Shown in pieces: positions 8,677 through 18,314 of a stretch of 64,000 bases of DNA. The position numbers were made by a program, and so were the translations under genes. The notes beneath the pieces were generated by a model. That model did not search any database and was not told the DNA's origin. It saw nothing but the letters and a program-made list of their open reading frames with translations. The stretch comes from a virus, in IMG/VR virus record IMGVR_UViG_3300006990_004842, positions 1-64,000 of that record, one strand, 5' to 3'. How positions within the stretch are numbered: position 1 is the stretch's first letter; every line of letters begins with the position of its first letter.

Positions 8677-10156
8677 CCTGTTCTAACCTTTTCTTTAATC
8701 TGTTTTCTAATATCTGTATGTGTTCGGGTGTGTCTATGTCAACATCAAATTCTTGATCTCTACTGTATCCGCTCATTATGTCAGCGGCATCATCAACAGC
8801 ACTTGGTAATTCTTCCTTGTCCTCTGGTATGTCGGGCATGTTGTCTCCATATAGTTCCCTTGATTGCTCCTCAAATGATGAGTCGTAGTATTGCTCCTCA
8901 ACTTCTTCTGGAGTTGGTTTAGTTGGTAATGGAGGTCCTTTGCTTTCTAAGTTAATGCCATACCTTAATAATGTTTGGTTAGCCGCGATAACCAGCATAA
9001 CTGCTAATGGATCAAACACAAATACTAGCATAAGAATAAACACTTGTACCGCTTTGTCTAATAAGTCTGCTTCGTCACCGCCAAATAATAATTGTGCTAC
9101 GTATTTGATTGGACCCACTTCTTTTTCTAAGGCACGAACTTCTTGTTCAGCCTCAAACTTTTCGTCTTTAAGTGTTGCTATCTTACCGTAAATTGTATCA
9201 ATTTCCGTGTTAAAAGTATCGATCTGGTCTAAAGTATCATCTTGCGATTGTGTACTTTGATTTCTCAACCTGTTTATTTCTGCATTAGCATCTTGTATTG
9301 TGTCCTGTGCTTGACCTCTATATCGGTCAATAGCATCTTGGAACACTTTGATGTCTGCTGTTGCCTGTGTTCTTAAGTTCTTTTGTTGTTCTGATATTTG
9401 ATCACGTTCTGCTTGTTGCGTGGCTCGCAACTCATCTGCTTGTGCAACGTAATCTATTGTTTCTGTTTCAGCACGTCTAAATGTACCACCTTCTTCAGTG
9501 GTAATAACTTCTACGCCCTTTTCTCTGAGATCATTTACTGCCTTATCTAATGCTGACAATCTAGTCTCAAGTGATGCCAAATCAGAAGTAAGTTGTGTTC
9601 TTACACTTTCTATTTGACCTTGGTTGTAATCTATGTCACCTTGTACTTGTTGCCAAGCAGTATCACGTATTTGGATTTGTGCATCTATGCTGTCTTGTAC
9701 ATCTAGTCCTGTACCAGAAGTGAGACTTTGTATTCTATCTTCTATGATGCCAATACGGTTTTCTTCACGTGCTATTTGTCCGTCAATACGTTCTACAAAA
9801 GCAATAGCATCACCACTTACGCCAGCCTGGTCTAAGTGAGCCTTACTGAGATAACCAAAGATTCCCATACTGGTTATAAGCATGAGCACAAGAACTGCGG
9901 TACTAAGATATGCTTTTAGTGTAAGACTGGTTTCGTCCCAATAACGGTACAACCAACTTGCTGTGAGTAGTTTACCTACTTCTAATGTACCAGCCATTAC
10001 CGCAATAGGTAAAGCCGCCGCACTGAATATGGCCATAAGACCTGCGATACTAAACCATGCCGCAACTCCGGCTATGGATAGTGCTGTTATAAGTGTAAGT
10101 ATACCAAACCACATAGTACTACTATTTAGTCGGTTTGGTTGGGGTAATTCAGTCAT
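8663..10156 (-). CDS. membrane-anchored long coiled-coil protein
   Basis: Three N-terminal TM helices (SIAGL..LEVGKL..TSMGIFGYLSKAH), long coiled coil, EVGPIKY..VFDPLAV TM. Confidence 0.75.
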   Translation of the reverse strand: MTELPQPNRLNSSTMWFGILTLITALSIAGVAAWFSIAGLMAIFSAAALPIAVMAGTLEVGKLLTASWLYRYWDETSLTLKAYLSTAVLVLMLITSMGIFGYLSKAHLDQAGVSGDAIAFVERIDGQIAREENRIGIIEDRIQSLTSGTGLDVQDSIDAQIQIRDTAWQQVQGDIDYNQGQIESVRTQLTSDLASLETRLSALDKAVNDLREKGVEVITTEEGGTFRRAETETIDYVAQADELRATQQAERDQISEQQKNLRTQATADIKVFQDAIDRYRGQAQDTIQDANAEINRLRNQSTQSQDDTLDQIDTFNTEIDTIYGKIATLKDEKFEAEQEVRALEKEVGPIKYVAQLLFGGDEADLLDKAVQVFILMLVFVFDPLAVMLVIAANQTLLRYGINLESKGPPLPTKPTPEEVEEQYYDSSFEEQSRELYGDNMPDIPEDKEELPSAVDDAADIMSGYSRDQEFDVDIDTPEHIQILENRLKKRLEQDGES

Positions 10157-10173
10157 TAAGTACCTTGTTTAAG

Positions 10174-10273
10174 ATAGTGGCCCCCACTCGTCAGTGAGGA
10201 AAGCCGACTACGTTCTAATCTCATCATATATCATCATATAGCACTGTTATAGACCGTCGTCGAGCAAACAGTG
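10174..10273 (-). ncRNA. candidate structured ncRNA (two GACG-loop hairpins)
   Basis: GC-enriched non-coding gap with two long hairpins flanking a perfect 10-nt tandem repeat. Confidence 0.45.
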
Positions 10274-10288
10274 AAGCTCTGTTAGTGT

Positions 10289-10765
10289 TTAACTAAATTT
10301 TACTTTAGTATGGTCGTTAAGTTCAACAGTAGCACTATTATGCTCATGTTCTCTTACTGTGACTTTTTGTACCCAGCATCTTCCATTTGTTAATTCCTTA
10401 ACAATTTCATCTGCTTTGTCAAAAGCCATTTCAGCAAATCTTTCACAACCTGTGTGCGAAACAATTCTCAAATCAACTAAACTTTTTGCTTCTAGTTCTT
10501 TGAATGTTTCTAACTCTGGATCATCTTCTGCTACCAAGTAAGTATGGTCAAACATCTGTTTACACCATTCTTTAAGTGGCTTCAATCCACCAAAGTCTAC
10601 GATCCAATTACGCTCGTCAAGTTCGTCTCCACCAAAGGTGAATTCAAACTGTAATGCATAACCATGGATCAAGTTGCAATGACTGTCTGCCCGCCATTGC
10701 CTAAACGCACAACTGTGGCCAGTTGAATGCGAATATGTTTTGCCTGAATAAAATCTTTTGTTCAT
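10289..10765 (-). CDS. queD: 6-carboxytetrahydropterin synthase (QueD/PTPS)
   Basis: SHCNLIHGY, WIVDFGGLK, FDHTYLVAEDDP, CERFAE, VREHEHNSA. Confidence 0.9.
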   Translation of the reverse strand: MNKRFYSGKTYSHSTGHSCAFRQWRADSHCNLIHGYALQFEFTFGGDELDERNWIVDFGGLKPLKEWCKQMFDHTYLVAEDDPELETFKELEAKSLVDLRIVSHTGCERFAEMAFDKADEIVKELTNGRCWVQKVTVREHEHNSATVELNDHTKVKFS

Positions 10766-10794
10766 CTATGTGCCTCGATAGAAATAATAAAGTT

Positions 10795-10822
10795 ATTATA
10801 CACTCTATTTAGGCTTTGTCAA
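10795..10822 (-). promoter_or_regulatory. early promoter with embedded late core
   Basis: TTGACA-16-TATAAT with TAAATA inside the spacer. Confidence 0.75.
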
Positions 10823-11973
10823 GCATTAATTTTGAGAAATGTGGTTAGTATGTCTATTTGGGATTGTTCTGATAGTGTAGGCCACTCTGGCATCAAAGCA
10901 GACATTGTTTTGTGATGTTCTGCAACATTGTTATCAAGTGTATTGAGATTGTGCTGTATAGTTTCTTGTATTGTGTCAACATCTGGTGAAATTAAAAATT
11001 TTTCAAGCCATTTGTTCATATGCACATAATCTCTATCTTGTTGATTGTAGAATAACTTGTAACCTAATTTTTCAAGGTAGTCAGTGCCGTGTTCTTCAGA
11101 GTAGTGTATAAAGGGTCTGCCGGCTACAATACAAGCATAAGTTTTTTCAGTAAAAAAATTACTACCTGGGCAAGTTTCTACCAATGCTGATATTGATGTG
11201 GTTTCTGCTAGTCTATAACCAATTAATTGTGTGTAGTTGTTTATGTTCAATTGAACAGAGTCTACTAAATCACTTTCGTATTTTAGCATGAACGGGTAAA
11301 CTTCATTTTCAAAATTAATAGTTCTTGGACCATATTCATTTATCATGGTCCTTGTACTTTCTATCCAATCATTCAACTGCTGTTTTTGATTTGGATCGAC
11401 AGGCATACCCTCACCTGCTAAATTTCTATTCATTACATAGGTTACATTGTCTGGAAAATAATGTAATAAATTTTTTATAGCAAGATAACGAAAAGGTCTC
11501 AACTTACCTGGTGTGTACAGAATCTGTTTTGTAAATGGTTGCCAAGGTACATTATGGTGCCAACTTGGCCACAAGTCATATATTAGTTTAGTTGATATCT
11601 CAAACGTCTCTATGTAATGCAAGGTATCAGGAAGTTCAACTTCTGAATAATTTGTAATATCCGTGCCTTTGTTCAACACATAGTTACATGGTATATCTAC
11701 AAGTGATGGAAACTGCCTGTAAAGTTCTTCTTGGAACCATATAAATGATCCGGCTTCACTTACGCAGGCTTCAAATACATTCCACATCACAACAATGTTA
11801 TGAACATCTACTCGTTCATAATTTTCCTGCTTGTTGATGCCAGGCATGCAATTCCAGTGGTCACGCTCATCAATTGCGGACCACACGTTGCTGATTCTGA
11901 TTAGTAAGGTTTTGCCAACTAGGTCAAACCTAGGACCCATTTCCTTTTTTCGTGTTCTATTGTGATTTGCCAC
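10819..11973 (-). CDS. glycosyltransferase-like protein, paralogue 2
   Basis: SALVET...FFTEKTY.....RPF...LGYK. Confidence 0.5.
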   Translation of the reverse strand: MANHNRTRKKEMGPRFDLVGKTLLIRISNVWSAIDERDHWNCMPGINKQENYERVDVHNIVVMWNVFEACVSEAGSFIWFQEELYRQFPSLVDIPCNYVLNKGTDITNYSEVELPDTLHYIETFEISTKLIYDLWPSWHHNVPWQPFTKQILYTPGKLRPFRYLAIKNLLHYFPDNVTYVMNRNLAGEGMPVDPNQKQQLNDWIESTRTMINEYGPRTINFENEVYPFMLKYESDLVDSVQLNINNYTQLIGYRLAETTSISALVETCPGSNFFTEKTYACIVAGRPFIHYSEEHGTDYLEKLGYKLFYNQQDRDYVHMNKWLEKFLISPDVDTIQETIQHNLNTLDNNVAEHHKTMSALMPEWPTLSEQSQIDILTTFLKINA

Positions 11974-12448
11974 TATCGCTAATTCCTGCTTGTTCTGCAG
12001 TCATATTTACGATACCTTCTCTGATCAACTTGCTTCTATTGGCCAAATGCTTTTGATCAATCTCATCTTTGTCGCCACCAAAGTATGCTACAGCATGTCC
12101 TTCTTCAACTAATAATTCAGTGAGTGGACGCCATGCATCTTTGTTGCCATCATAAACAGAAAAGTCGCCAAGAATACGACCAAACTTACCTTTCATATCT
12201 TCGCCTTTTTTGTTTATTTGCGTTTTGAGAATTGGACCTGATTTGCCACCGAGTAATTGCTTTACTCGTTTTTTAGCCGCTAATCCAAATTGCTTTTCTA
12301 CCTTGTCGCGTGTCCTGCTTTCTGGTGTATCTATACCCATTAACCTAACACGTTCATCTTTTAATACGATACCGAAACCTAAATCAATATCAACGTCTAC
12401 GGTGTCCCCATCTACGATTTTAAGAACTTTTACCCTATACTCATACAT
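11957..12448 (-). CDS. thermonuclease (SNase-like)
   Basis: IVDGDTVDVDIDLGF, RVRLMGIDTPES, KGKFGRILG. Confidence 0.9.
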   Translation of the reverse strand: MYEYRVKVLKIVDGDTVDVDIDLGFGIVLKDERVRLMGIDTPESRTRDKVEKQFGLAAKKRVKQLLGGKSGPILKTQINKKGEDMKGKFGRILGDFSVYDGNKDAWRPLTELLVEEGHAVAYFGGDKDEIDQKHLANRSKLIREGIVNMTAEQAGISDSGKSQ

Positions 12449-12484
12449 ACTACTCTCCTGTGTGTATTTTATAGTAGTATTTAT

Positions 12485-13114
12485 CTAGTGTACGAAGAAT
12501 GCGTGGTTGTCTATAATTGCTACTTGGGTAAAGACGTATTGCCATTTTGGATTGGCAAGTCTAGGGTTGAAATAGTGTGTTGCACCTTGTGTTAAATCTG
12601 GTAGTTTTCCTTCGAGTGCCATTCTTGCTATTGCTATACTTTCTATCCAGGCATCCATATTTGCTTTTATAGTTCTACCTTGATGATCTGTGAGCATTAT
12701 AGCATCGCTTTTGCCATCACAGTACCAAGTGAATTGACACATGTTTTTAACAGGAACTAATCTGTTGTGATTTTCTTTCCACCATGTAGAATGGACCGCT
12801 TGGTATACAACATCACAAACTGTGTTTGGATATCTGGTACTATTGACTCTGTTGATGGTCACATTAGCAACTGCTGTTTTACCACGTGAACTTTCACCTC
12901 TTGCTTCAAAATAAATATTTTTTGCAAGGCAATGCATTTGATCTAAATCTACGTCTGGAATAGTAGGCTTTATTTCTACAGTTTCTTGCACCACTTCTGG
13001 CTCAGGTTCAACAGTTTCTTGCACTTCAGCAGGTGTAAACAACCACGCCGCTACAACTGTAGAAATCACTCCTATAGGAAAGAAAGCGAATATCAAAATT
13101 GCAAACTTTTTCAT
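12485..13114 (-). CDS. cell wall hydrolase, SleB/Hydrolase_2 family, with N-terminal TM anchor
   Basis: CLAKNIYFEARGE, AVANVTINRV, CQFTWYCDG, GATHYF, IDNHAF. Confidence 0.9.
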   Translation of the reverse strand: MKKFAILIFAFFPIGVISTVVAAWLFTPAEVQETVEPEPEVVQETVEIKPTIPDVDLDQMHCLAKNIYFEARGESSRGKTAVANVTINRVNSTRYPNTVCDVVYQAVHSTWWKENHNRLVPVKNMCQFTWYCDGKSDAIMLTDHQGRTIKANMDAWIESIAIARMALEGKLPDLTQGATHYFNPRLANPKWQYVFTQVAIIDNHAFFVH

Positions 13115-13132
13115 AAGTCCTCCTTACATAAA

Positions 13133-13426
13133 CTATTTTGCTAGTGTAATGTTTGTAGTACTCTGTAAGTATCCTTTGCTAATTTCTTCTTCAGTTGCAA
13201 CATAAGCAACAACCGTAGTTCTATTTATTAAAAACTTTTCGGCTCTGCTAGTCATCATCCACGGAATAATACCCATTTTGCCATCTGGCGTAGCACTAAT
13301 TGTTGCGGGTTTGGTAACAACTAGATTGGCATCTGTATCATCTTCATAACATGCAATGACTTCTTCACCGCTTGTAAGTTTGATTGATATGGTAGTACCT
13401 TGCTTGATTGGTTTCTCTAATAACAT
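13133..13426 (-). CDS. Sm-like domain protein
   Basis: ISIKLTSGEEVIA..KP..PW pattern; resembles 46764-47087. Confidence 0.6.
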   Translation of the reverse strand: MLLEKPIKQGTTISIKLTSGEEVIACYEDDTDANLVVTKPATISATPDGKMGIIPWMMTSRAEKFLINRTTVVAYVATEEEISKGYLQSTTNITLAK

Positions 13427-13448
13427 AATATTTTTACCTGTTTAATAC

Positions 13449-13477
13449 ATTATATACGTACTTTATAGATAAGTCAA
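13449..13477 (-). promoter_or_regulatory. early promoter
   Basis: TTGACT-17-TATAAT. Confidence 0.65.
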
Positions 13478-13540
13478 GCAATTTTTAGGCTATTTTTGCC
13501 GTGAATAGAGTGGATTTTTATTGTTTTGAGTAAATATTAT

Positions 13541-13659
13541 TGTGACAGACATGTTTAATGTCTAACAAGTAATAGTAAAAGTGTCCCTCTTAGAATACAC
13601 TATATAGTAGAAGAGCACTACAAACCATCTGTCACAGCTCATTAAGTTGTCCGGACAAC
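13541..13659 (+). ncRNA. candidate late structured sRNA
   Basis: TAAATA at 13531-36; 9-bp closing stem TGTGACAGA/TCTGTCACA with two inner hairpins; 14-bp palindrome at 13646-59. Confidence 0.4.
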
Positions 13660-13662
13660 GAC

Positions 13663-14436
13663 TTATAAGTAAAGTACTTCGTCTTGTTGATAGACAAATT
13701 CACCTTTGCTTAACATTTCCATCAACCTTAATCTGGAATCAGATTCTCTACTTCCATGGACATGAACTGCACCTGCATAAGATAAATCTATTTGATTAAA
13801 CTGCTTGTTCATTGACATACAATCACTTAACCTCACATGATCAGATTCATCAAAGAATAAAAACTGATAGGCTAATCGAGGATCATAGTGATCTTCAAAC
13901 TTGATGTCTTGACTCCACAACATTGCATTGTATATGATTTGCTCACTGTCCCATCTATCAGGATTCCAATTCTCAACCATGCTGATACCTAAATCCCAAA
14001 CATCTTGGCTCATGTCTTTTGGGTAATAACGTAATCCACAGTTGAAATACTTTTCAAATTTGATATCATAGTGTTCGTCAGTTGTACTCACTGGCTGTGT
14101 AAAATTAAACATTTTGAAATACTTGGTATCCCAAAAATAATCTACACCCTTGATAAAAAGTACATCAAGGTCAGCATATAAAATATTATGTCCTTGTTTC
14201 CACAAGTCATATATTTCATAAAAATTTGTTTTGAATACATCTCTGATGTTGTCTGCTTCGCCACGGAATACTTTTACTTCATCTAAATCTTTGATGTGTT
14301 TCCTTGCAGACTCTGTGAGTATCTCTTCCATACGAGCATAGTCGTTTTCAAGTTGATCTACTTTATCAGATTTGTCGTCCCACCATTTAGAATGATCAGA
14401 TATTTTGTAATTCTTTGCAACTAGAATGTTACTCAT
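13663..14436 (-). CDS. GT-A fold glycosyltransferase
   Basis: ILYADLDVLF (DxD), YFNCG, EQIIYN, VHVHGSR. Confidence 0.75.
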   Translation of the reverse strand: MSNILVAKNYKISDHSKWWDDKSDKVDQLENDYARMEEILTESARKHIKDLDEVKVFRGEADNIRDVFKTNFYEIYDLWKQGHNILYADLDVLFIKGVDYFWDTKYFKMFNFTQPVSTTDEHYDIKFEKYFNCGLRYYPKDMSQDVWDLGISMVENWNPDRWDSEQIIYNAMLWSQDIKFEDHYDPRLAYQFLFFDESDHVRLSDCMSMNKQFNQIDLSYAGAVHVHGSRESDSRLRLMEMLSKGEFVYQQDEVLYL

Positions 14437-14984
14437 TTAACCACCCACCAAGTTGCAAATTGTTCATCTGTTTTATTAAGTGGTAGATTGTTTGCTTCTC
14501 TGAATTCATCAACTGCTTTAATTACACCAAACTCTTCGATATGACTTTTTGAAATATAATCATGTCCTGCTAATATTCCGCCTGGTTTAATTTTAGGCCA
14601 CCATGCATCTATGTCTGCTTTAACAGGTTCATATTTGTGATCAGCATCTAGGTATACAAAGTCTAAACTTTGATTTTCAAAATGCTTAGAAGCACTCACA
14701 CTGTGGGCTCTCCAAATTTCTGCACAATCAAATTCTTTTTCAAACGAATCTTTAACGTTCAAATAAAGATGATCTAAACTTTCTTGGCTTTTGAATTCAT
14801 TACCAGGCTTATCAGTGTAGCCTTCGTATAACTCCCAAGGGTCGATACCTATAAATCTTTTAGGCTTAAGAGTTCTAATAATAGTCCTACTGTAGTCGCC
14901 TCGCCACACACCAACTTCAATTGCTGTGTCTATGTTTTTTAATTCTTTGCTAACAACTGAAGTTAGCCAACCTGTTCTTTCCAT
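14433..14984 (-). CDS. class I SAM-dependent methyltransferase (Methyltransf_24-like)
   Basis: IEVGVWRG, GIDPW, DFVYLDADHKY, PGGILAGHDY. Confidence 0.9.
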   Translation of the reverse strand: MERTGWLTSVVSKELKNIDTAIEVGVWRGDYSRTIIRTLKPKRFIGIDPWELYEGYTDKPGNEFKSQESLDHLYLNVKDSFEKEFDCAEIWRAHSVSASKHFENQSLDFVYLDADHKYEPVKADIDAWWPKIKPGGILAGHDYISKSHIEEFGVIKAVDEFREANNLPLNKTDEQFATWWVVK

Positions 14985-14994
14985 ATTTAATCCA

Positions 14995-16296
14995 TTAAGC
15001 CATTAAGAAACCAAAGTTATCATTCTCACCTAAATCTGCTCTAGGACCTATGTCTCTCATAATACTTCTATTATGTAGCAGAATATTGAGATCTTCTTTC
15101 TTTTTTTGATATAGTTTTTCAGCACCCATGCCAAGTATTCTTTTTACTTCTTCCTTGTATAAATCCCATCTAACTTGTTCTGTAAATGGTTGCATTCTTT
15201 CTTGCCAAGGATCTGGATGTTCTGGTGTGCTGGTGTCGTATGTGTAGTCAATCCATGAAGGAAATTTGAATCCATAATCTTTTGATAAGTGATATATAAA
15301 TTTAGGTCTACCAAAAGGCATAATAAAATGTCCTTTGACCATTGGTGTAAAAGTTTTTTCTGTGGCACACATTGTATCAAACCACCCTTTATATATCAAA
15401 GTTTCTACATAGATACTTAATGTAGAAGAATCGTAATATACATTACTTGGAGGTGAAAATCCCCAACCATTTAATCCTAACAAATCCCAAGTGTCATGTC
15501 TATATTCATCCATATCAGGTAACATTGCTAGTCCTTGTGATATGTCTCCTATGTAACCTTCGTACTCAAACAACAATCTATTAAGTTCTTTTCTCAACAC
15601 ACTTCGCTGTGCCAGACGAGGCCTAACTCTAGATGTGCTAGGAGCCACAAACATCTTTGGCGTTATTTCGTGGTTGTTAATCCTCATCCTGAATTCTTTT
15701 AACCGGTATAATATATCATGATCTGGCGTTATGTCAAAAGTCTTATCAGGAAATGGTTCTTGCTCAGTTTGTAAATGAGGTGGTGCAATTTGATACCAAT
15801 GGTTTCTGGTACTAGTAGCATACTTGTCCCTGAGCACTTCTCTTTTGAAATGCATCACATGTGATCTATTAAATAGAAAGTCTGTGTACAGAAATGTGTT
15901 TGAGTTATATAAGATCTTTGACCAATCGCTGTGTAAATCAATAATCTTCTTAAAGGGATGATTGCTACCGATCATATTCTCTGTGAGATTTTCAGGATTC
16001 ATAACAGTTTCGTCGATGTGACAAAGCCATCGAATATTAACTGCTATTTGATTATTGTTAAATTTATCACTGAAAAAATCCATTGTTGCTTGAGGAATTT
16101 CCGGATTGTGTATCAACAATGGAATAATATCTGCTTCTGCAAAATCTCTAGTGTACTCAAAAAGATCACTATTTTGGAATAGTATATAAACTTCAGGTGT
16201 AGGACCGTGATGCCTCCAAAACGTTTCATCGTCAACAGGCTCCGGTACTCCGTTTGCCTGTATCATACATTCTAATACTTTAACTTTTCTTTGCAT
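14995..16296 (-). CDS. glycosyltransferase-like protein, paralogue 3
   Basis: SIYVET...ATEKTFTP...GFKFP.WIDYTYD. Confidence 0.5.
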   Translation of the reverse strand: MQRKVKVLECMIQANGVPEPVDDETFWRHHGPTPEVYILFQNSDLFEYTRDFAEADIIPLLIHNPEIPQATMDFFSDKFNNNQIAVNIRWLCHIDETVMNPENLTENMIGSNHPFKKIIDLHSDWSKILYNSNTFLYTDFLFNRSHVMHFKREVLRDKYATSTRNHWYQIAPPHLQTEQEPFPDKTFDITPDHDILYRLKEFRMRINNHEITPKMFVAPSTSRVRPRLAQRSVLRKELNRLLFEYEGYIGDISQGLAMLPDMDEYRHDTWDLLGLNGWGFSPPSNVYYDSSTLSIYVETLIYKGWFDTMCATEKTFTPMVKGHFIMPFGRPKFIYHLSKDYGFKFPSWIDYTYDTSTPEHPDPWQERMQPFTEQVRWDLYKEEVKRILGMGAEKLYQKKKEDLNILLHNRSIMRDIGPRADLGENDNFGFLMA

Positions 16297-17326
16297 TTAT
16301 TGCCTGCTCATATAGTTGTTGGCTTGCCAAATTCTTAGCCTTAGCCTCGCATTGAATGTCGAACTGTGACCAAAAGCTCAATGCCCATGCATTGGCATCA
16401 TAGTTAGGATAGTAATCAGAGTGAGCTCTTAGTTTTTGCTTCTTGTGACCCGCTTCAAGTAGTCCCACGATATCATGCATATTAGAGTGGGTATCGTCAC
16501 CAGCAGGTAAATGCTCGTCACGACTGTAACTATAATGCATAGCAGGGCGAACTCCACGCCAACTGTCGATAACTGCTTTAACGCGGTCGTCCTCTGGTTG
16601 TATGTACTCTTCATCTCGTATCCAGTGATGGTGTATGTCTAGCACTAGTGCAAGATGATCTTTAAGTTTAAGACTCTCATCTAAACCCCAACACATTTCG
16701 TCATTCTCAATAGTTATAGTATTTAGTGCTTCGGGTGATAATCGCGGTAAAACTTTGATGATACCTTCGGCACCTTGTCTACCTGAGATGTGTACGTTAA
16801 TCTTAAAGTCCTGGAACTGTTTGCCGTAGCCCATCCAACGTGCCATACTAGCATGATATTCAAATTCATCTATGCTACGTTCAACAACGTCAGGCTTGTC
16901 ACTGGCAAGTACACAAAACTGCCCAGGATGGAAACTGAGGCGTACATCTTTAGCACGAGCAAGTTCGCCAATACGTGCAAAGCCTTTGCGTAATTCTGCA
17001 CGATTGTTGCTGTCCTCCCACAAGTATCGCCATGTGGGTTCAGTTGCCATGGGTATTTGATTGCTACCTAGACGTACCATTTTGCGATTGTCTGGCAGTG
17101 TACTAACATACTCTACAAGATTGTAGGCACTTTGCATGTTGTGTGTAACAACTTCAAGCAGTTTGCTTTCTGCAACTACTTTATCTTGTCTATTACACCA
17201 AGCAACAGTTGTACCTTTCTCAGTAAAGTTTTGTTGTATTTCTTTTAGTATTTTTGGCTTCTGTGTTTGATCTGAATCAAGATACTTACAGCAAAAACCT
17301 ATTCTTTGGATGTCTTGTTTGAACAT
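16280..17326 (-). CDS. uvsE: UV damage endonuclease
   Basis: RIGFCCK, RLSFHPGQF, INVH, IENDE, LDIHHH, HYS, RAHSDY, EAKAK. Confidence 0.93.
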   Translation of the reverse strand: MFKQDIQRIGFCCKYLDSDQTQKPKILKEIQQNFTEKGTTVAWCNRQDKVVAESKLLEVVTHNMQSAYNLVEYVSTLPDNRKMVRLGSNQIPMATEPTWRYLWEDSNNRAELRKGFARIGELARAKDVRLSFHPGQFCVLASDKPDVVERSIDEFEYHASMARWMGYGKQFQDFKINVHISGRQGAEGIIKVLPRLSPEALNTITIENDEMCWGLDESLKLKDHLALVLDIHHHWIRDEEYIQPEDDRVKAVIDSWRGVRPAMHYSYSRDEHLPAGDDTHSNMHDIVGLLEAGHKKQKLRAHSDYYPNYDANAWALSFWSQFDIQCEAKAKNLASQQLYEQAINAKKS

Positions 17327-17601
17327 TGTTTTAGTATATCTATGGCTGTGTTAGTTACGTATTTGTCTGCATCACTGCTTGACACTTTCTCATCAAACAT
17401 TGTAGCATCTAATACAGGCTTTGTCAAGGCACTCATTTGATTAATCATATCATGCATTAGTTCTTCGTGTGTTTCACCAAATGCAGGAACAGCCTTTTCT
17501 GTAAAAGCAACAGGCTGATCGTCTTCGTAATACACTTCGTGGACGGAGTAAAATACTTGGCCATCTTTGTCGTGCTTGACTATTCTATGATTCCATGACA
17601 T
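17299..17601 (-). CDS. conserved phage hypothetical protein
   Basis: MSWNHRIV...VHEVYY motif; leaderless start 6 nt after TATAAT. Confidence 0.75.
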   Translation of the reverse strand: MSWNHRIVKHDKDGQVFYSVHEVYYEDDQPVAFTEKAVPAFGETHEELMHDMINQMSALTKPVLDATMFDEKVSSSDADKYVTNTAIDILKQCSNKTSKE

Positions 17602-17607
17602 ACTGCT

Positions 17608-17654
17608 ATTATATATGAATTATCTTATATGTCAAGTAGCATTTTTGATAAATA
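17608..17654. promoter_or_regulatory. divergent promoters: early (minus) and late (plus)
   Basis: Minus TTGACA-16-TATAAT at 17608-35; plus TAAATA at 17649-54. Confidence 0.75.
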
Positions 17655-17694
17655 CAACTGTAACTTTTACAAATGGACAAAATGGGAGACATAA

Positions 17695-18300
17695 ATGGCC
17701 ACTGTTAAGAAATATAATTTAGCAGGTTTGAATGCAAACGTCGAACTTGGTAAGCAAGGTTCATATATCACGGGCGGAGCAAGTGAGATTGGATTCTATG
17801 CAAATGGAGGTGCTTTACAAAAACTTAAGATCGCAAACGCGACAGTAGCAAGTGAAGCAATTACAAAAGCTCAGTTGGATGATGTTGCGGCAGACTTATT
17901 ACAACACGTCACAGTTGATGTTGATTATGATAGCGGTTCTGCTAATATTGCAACAGTTGGTGCCGGCACTAGAGTAATCAGTGTTACAGTAGATGTACCA
18001 AGTGCATGGTCAGCAACAAACAACACTGGAACGTATGTTGAAGTAGGTGACAGTGATAACCAAGCAAGATATATCAGAGCACAAGATATAGATGTTTTGA
18101 AAGCGGCACAATATCACAGCCAATACCAATATGAATATTCAGCAGAGGGAACTCTCACATATGATATTACTCAAGGTAGTGCATCGGCTGGACAAGCAAC
18201 AGTTAGTATTGTGTTAGCAAGTGATAGTGTAAGTGTAACAGACTATGGTACAATTACTCAAGCACAAAATAGTAATAGCGACCTCGGTAACATTAGTTAA
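17695..18300 (+). CDS. probable virion structural protein, paralogue A
   Basis: Late promoter and GGAG RBS; Ala/Thr/Ser-rich; VKKYNLAGLNANVELG start shared with 18315 and 59812. Confidence 0.65.
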   Translation: MATVKKYNLAGLNANVELGKQGSYITGGASEIGFYANGGALQKLKIANATVASEAITKAQLDDVAADLLQHVTVDVDYDSGSANIATVGAGTRVISVTVDVPSAWSATNNTGTYVEVGDSDNQARYIRAQDIDVLKAAQYHSQYQYEYSAEGTLTYDITQGSASAGQATVSIVLASDSVSVTDYGTITQAQNSNSDLGNIS

Positions 18301-18314
18301 TATAGGAGTTTAGC

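Noticed and set aside
10174-10200. CTGACGA on the minus strand as a hammerhead ribozyme core
   Set aside because: No GAAA follows the putative stem II, and the sequence fits better as a GACG-loop hairpin.
10190-10240. ATGATGA plus CTGA as C/D box RNA, or GAGGAAAG as RNase P RNA
   Set aside because: No bacterial C/D machinery; the region is too short and lacks the 3' half of RNase P helix P4.
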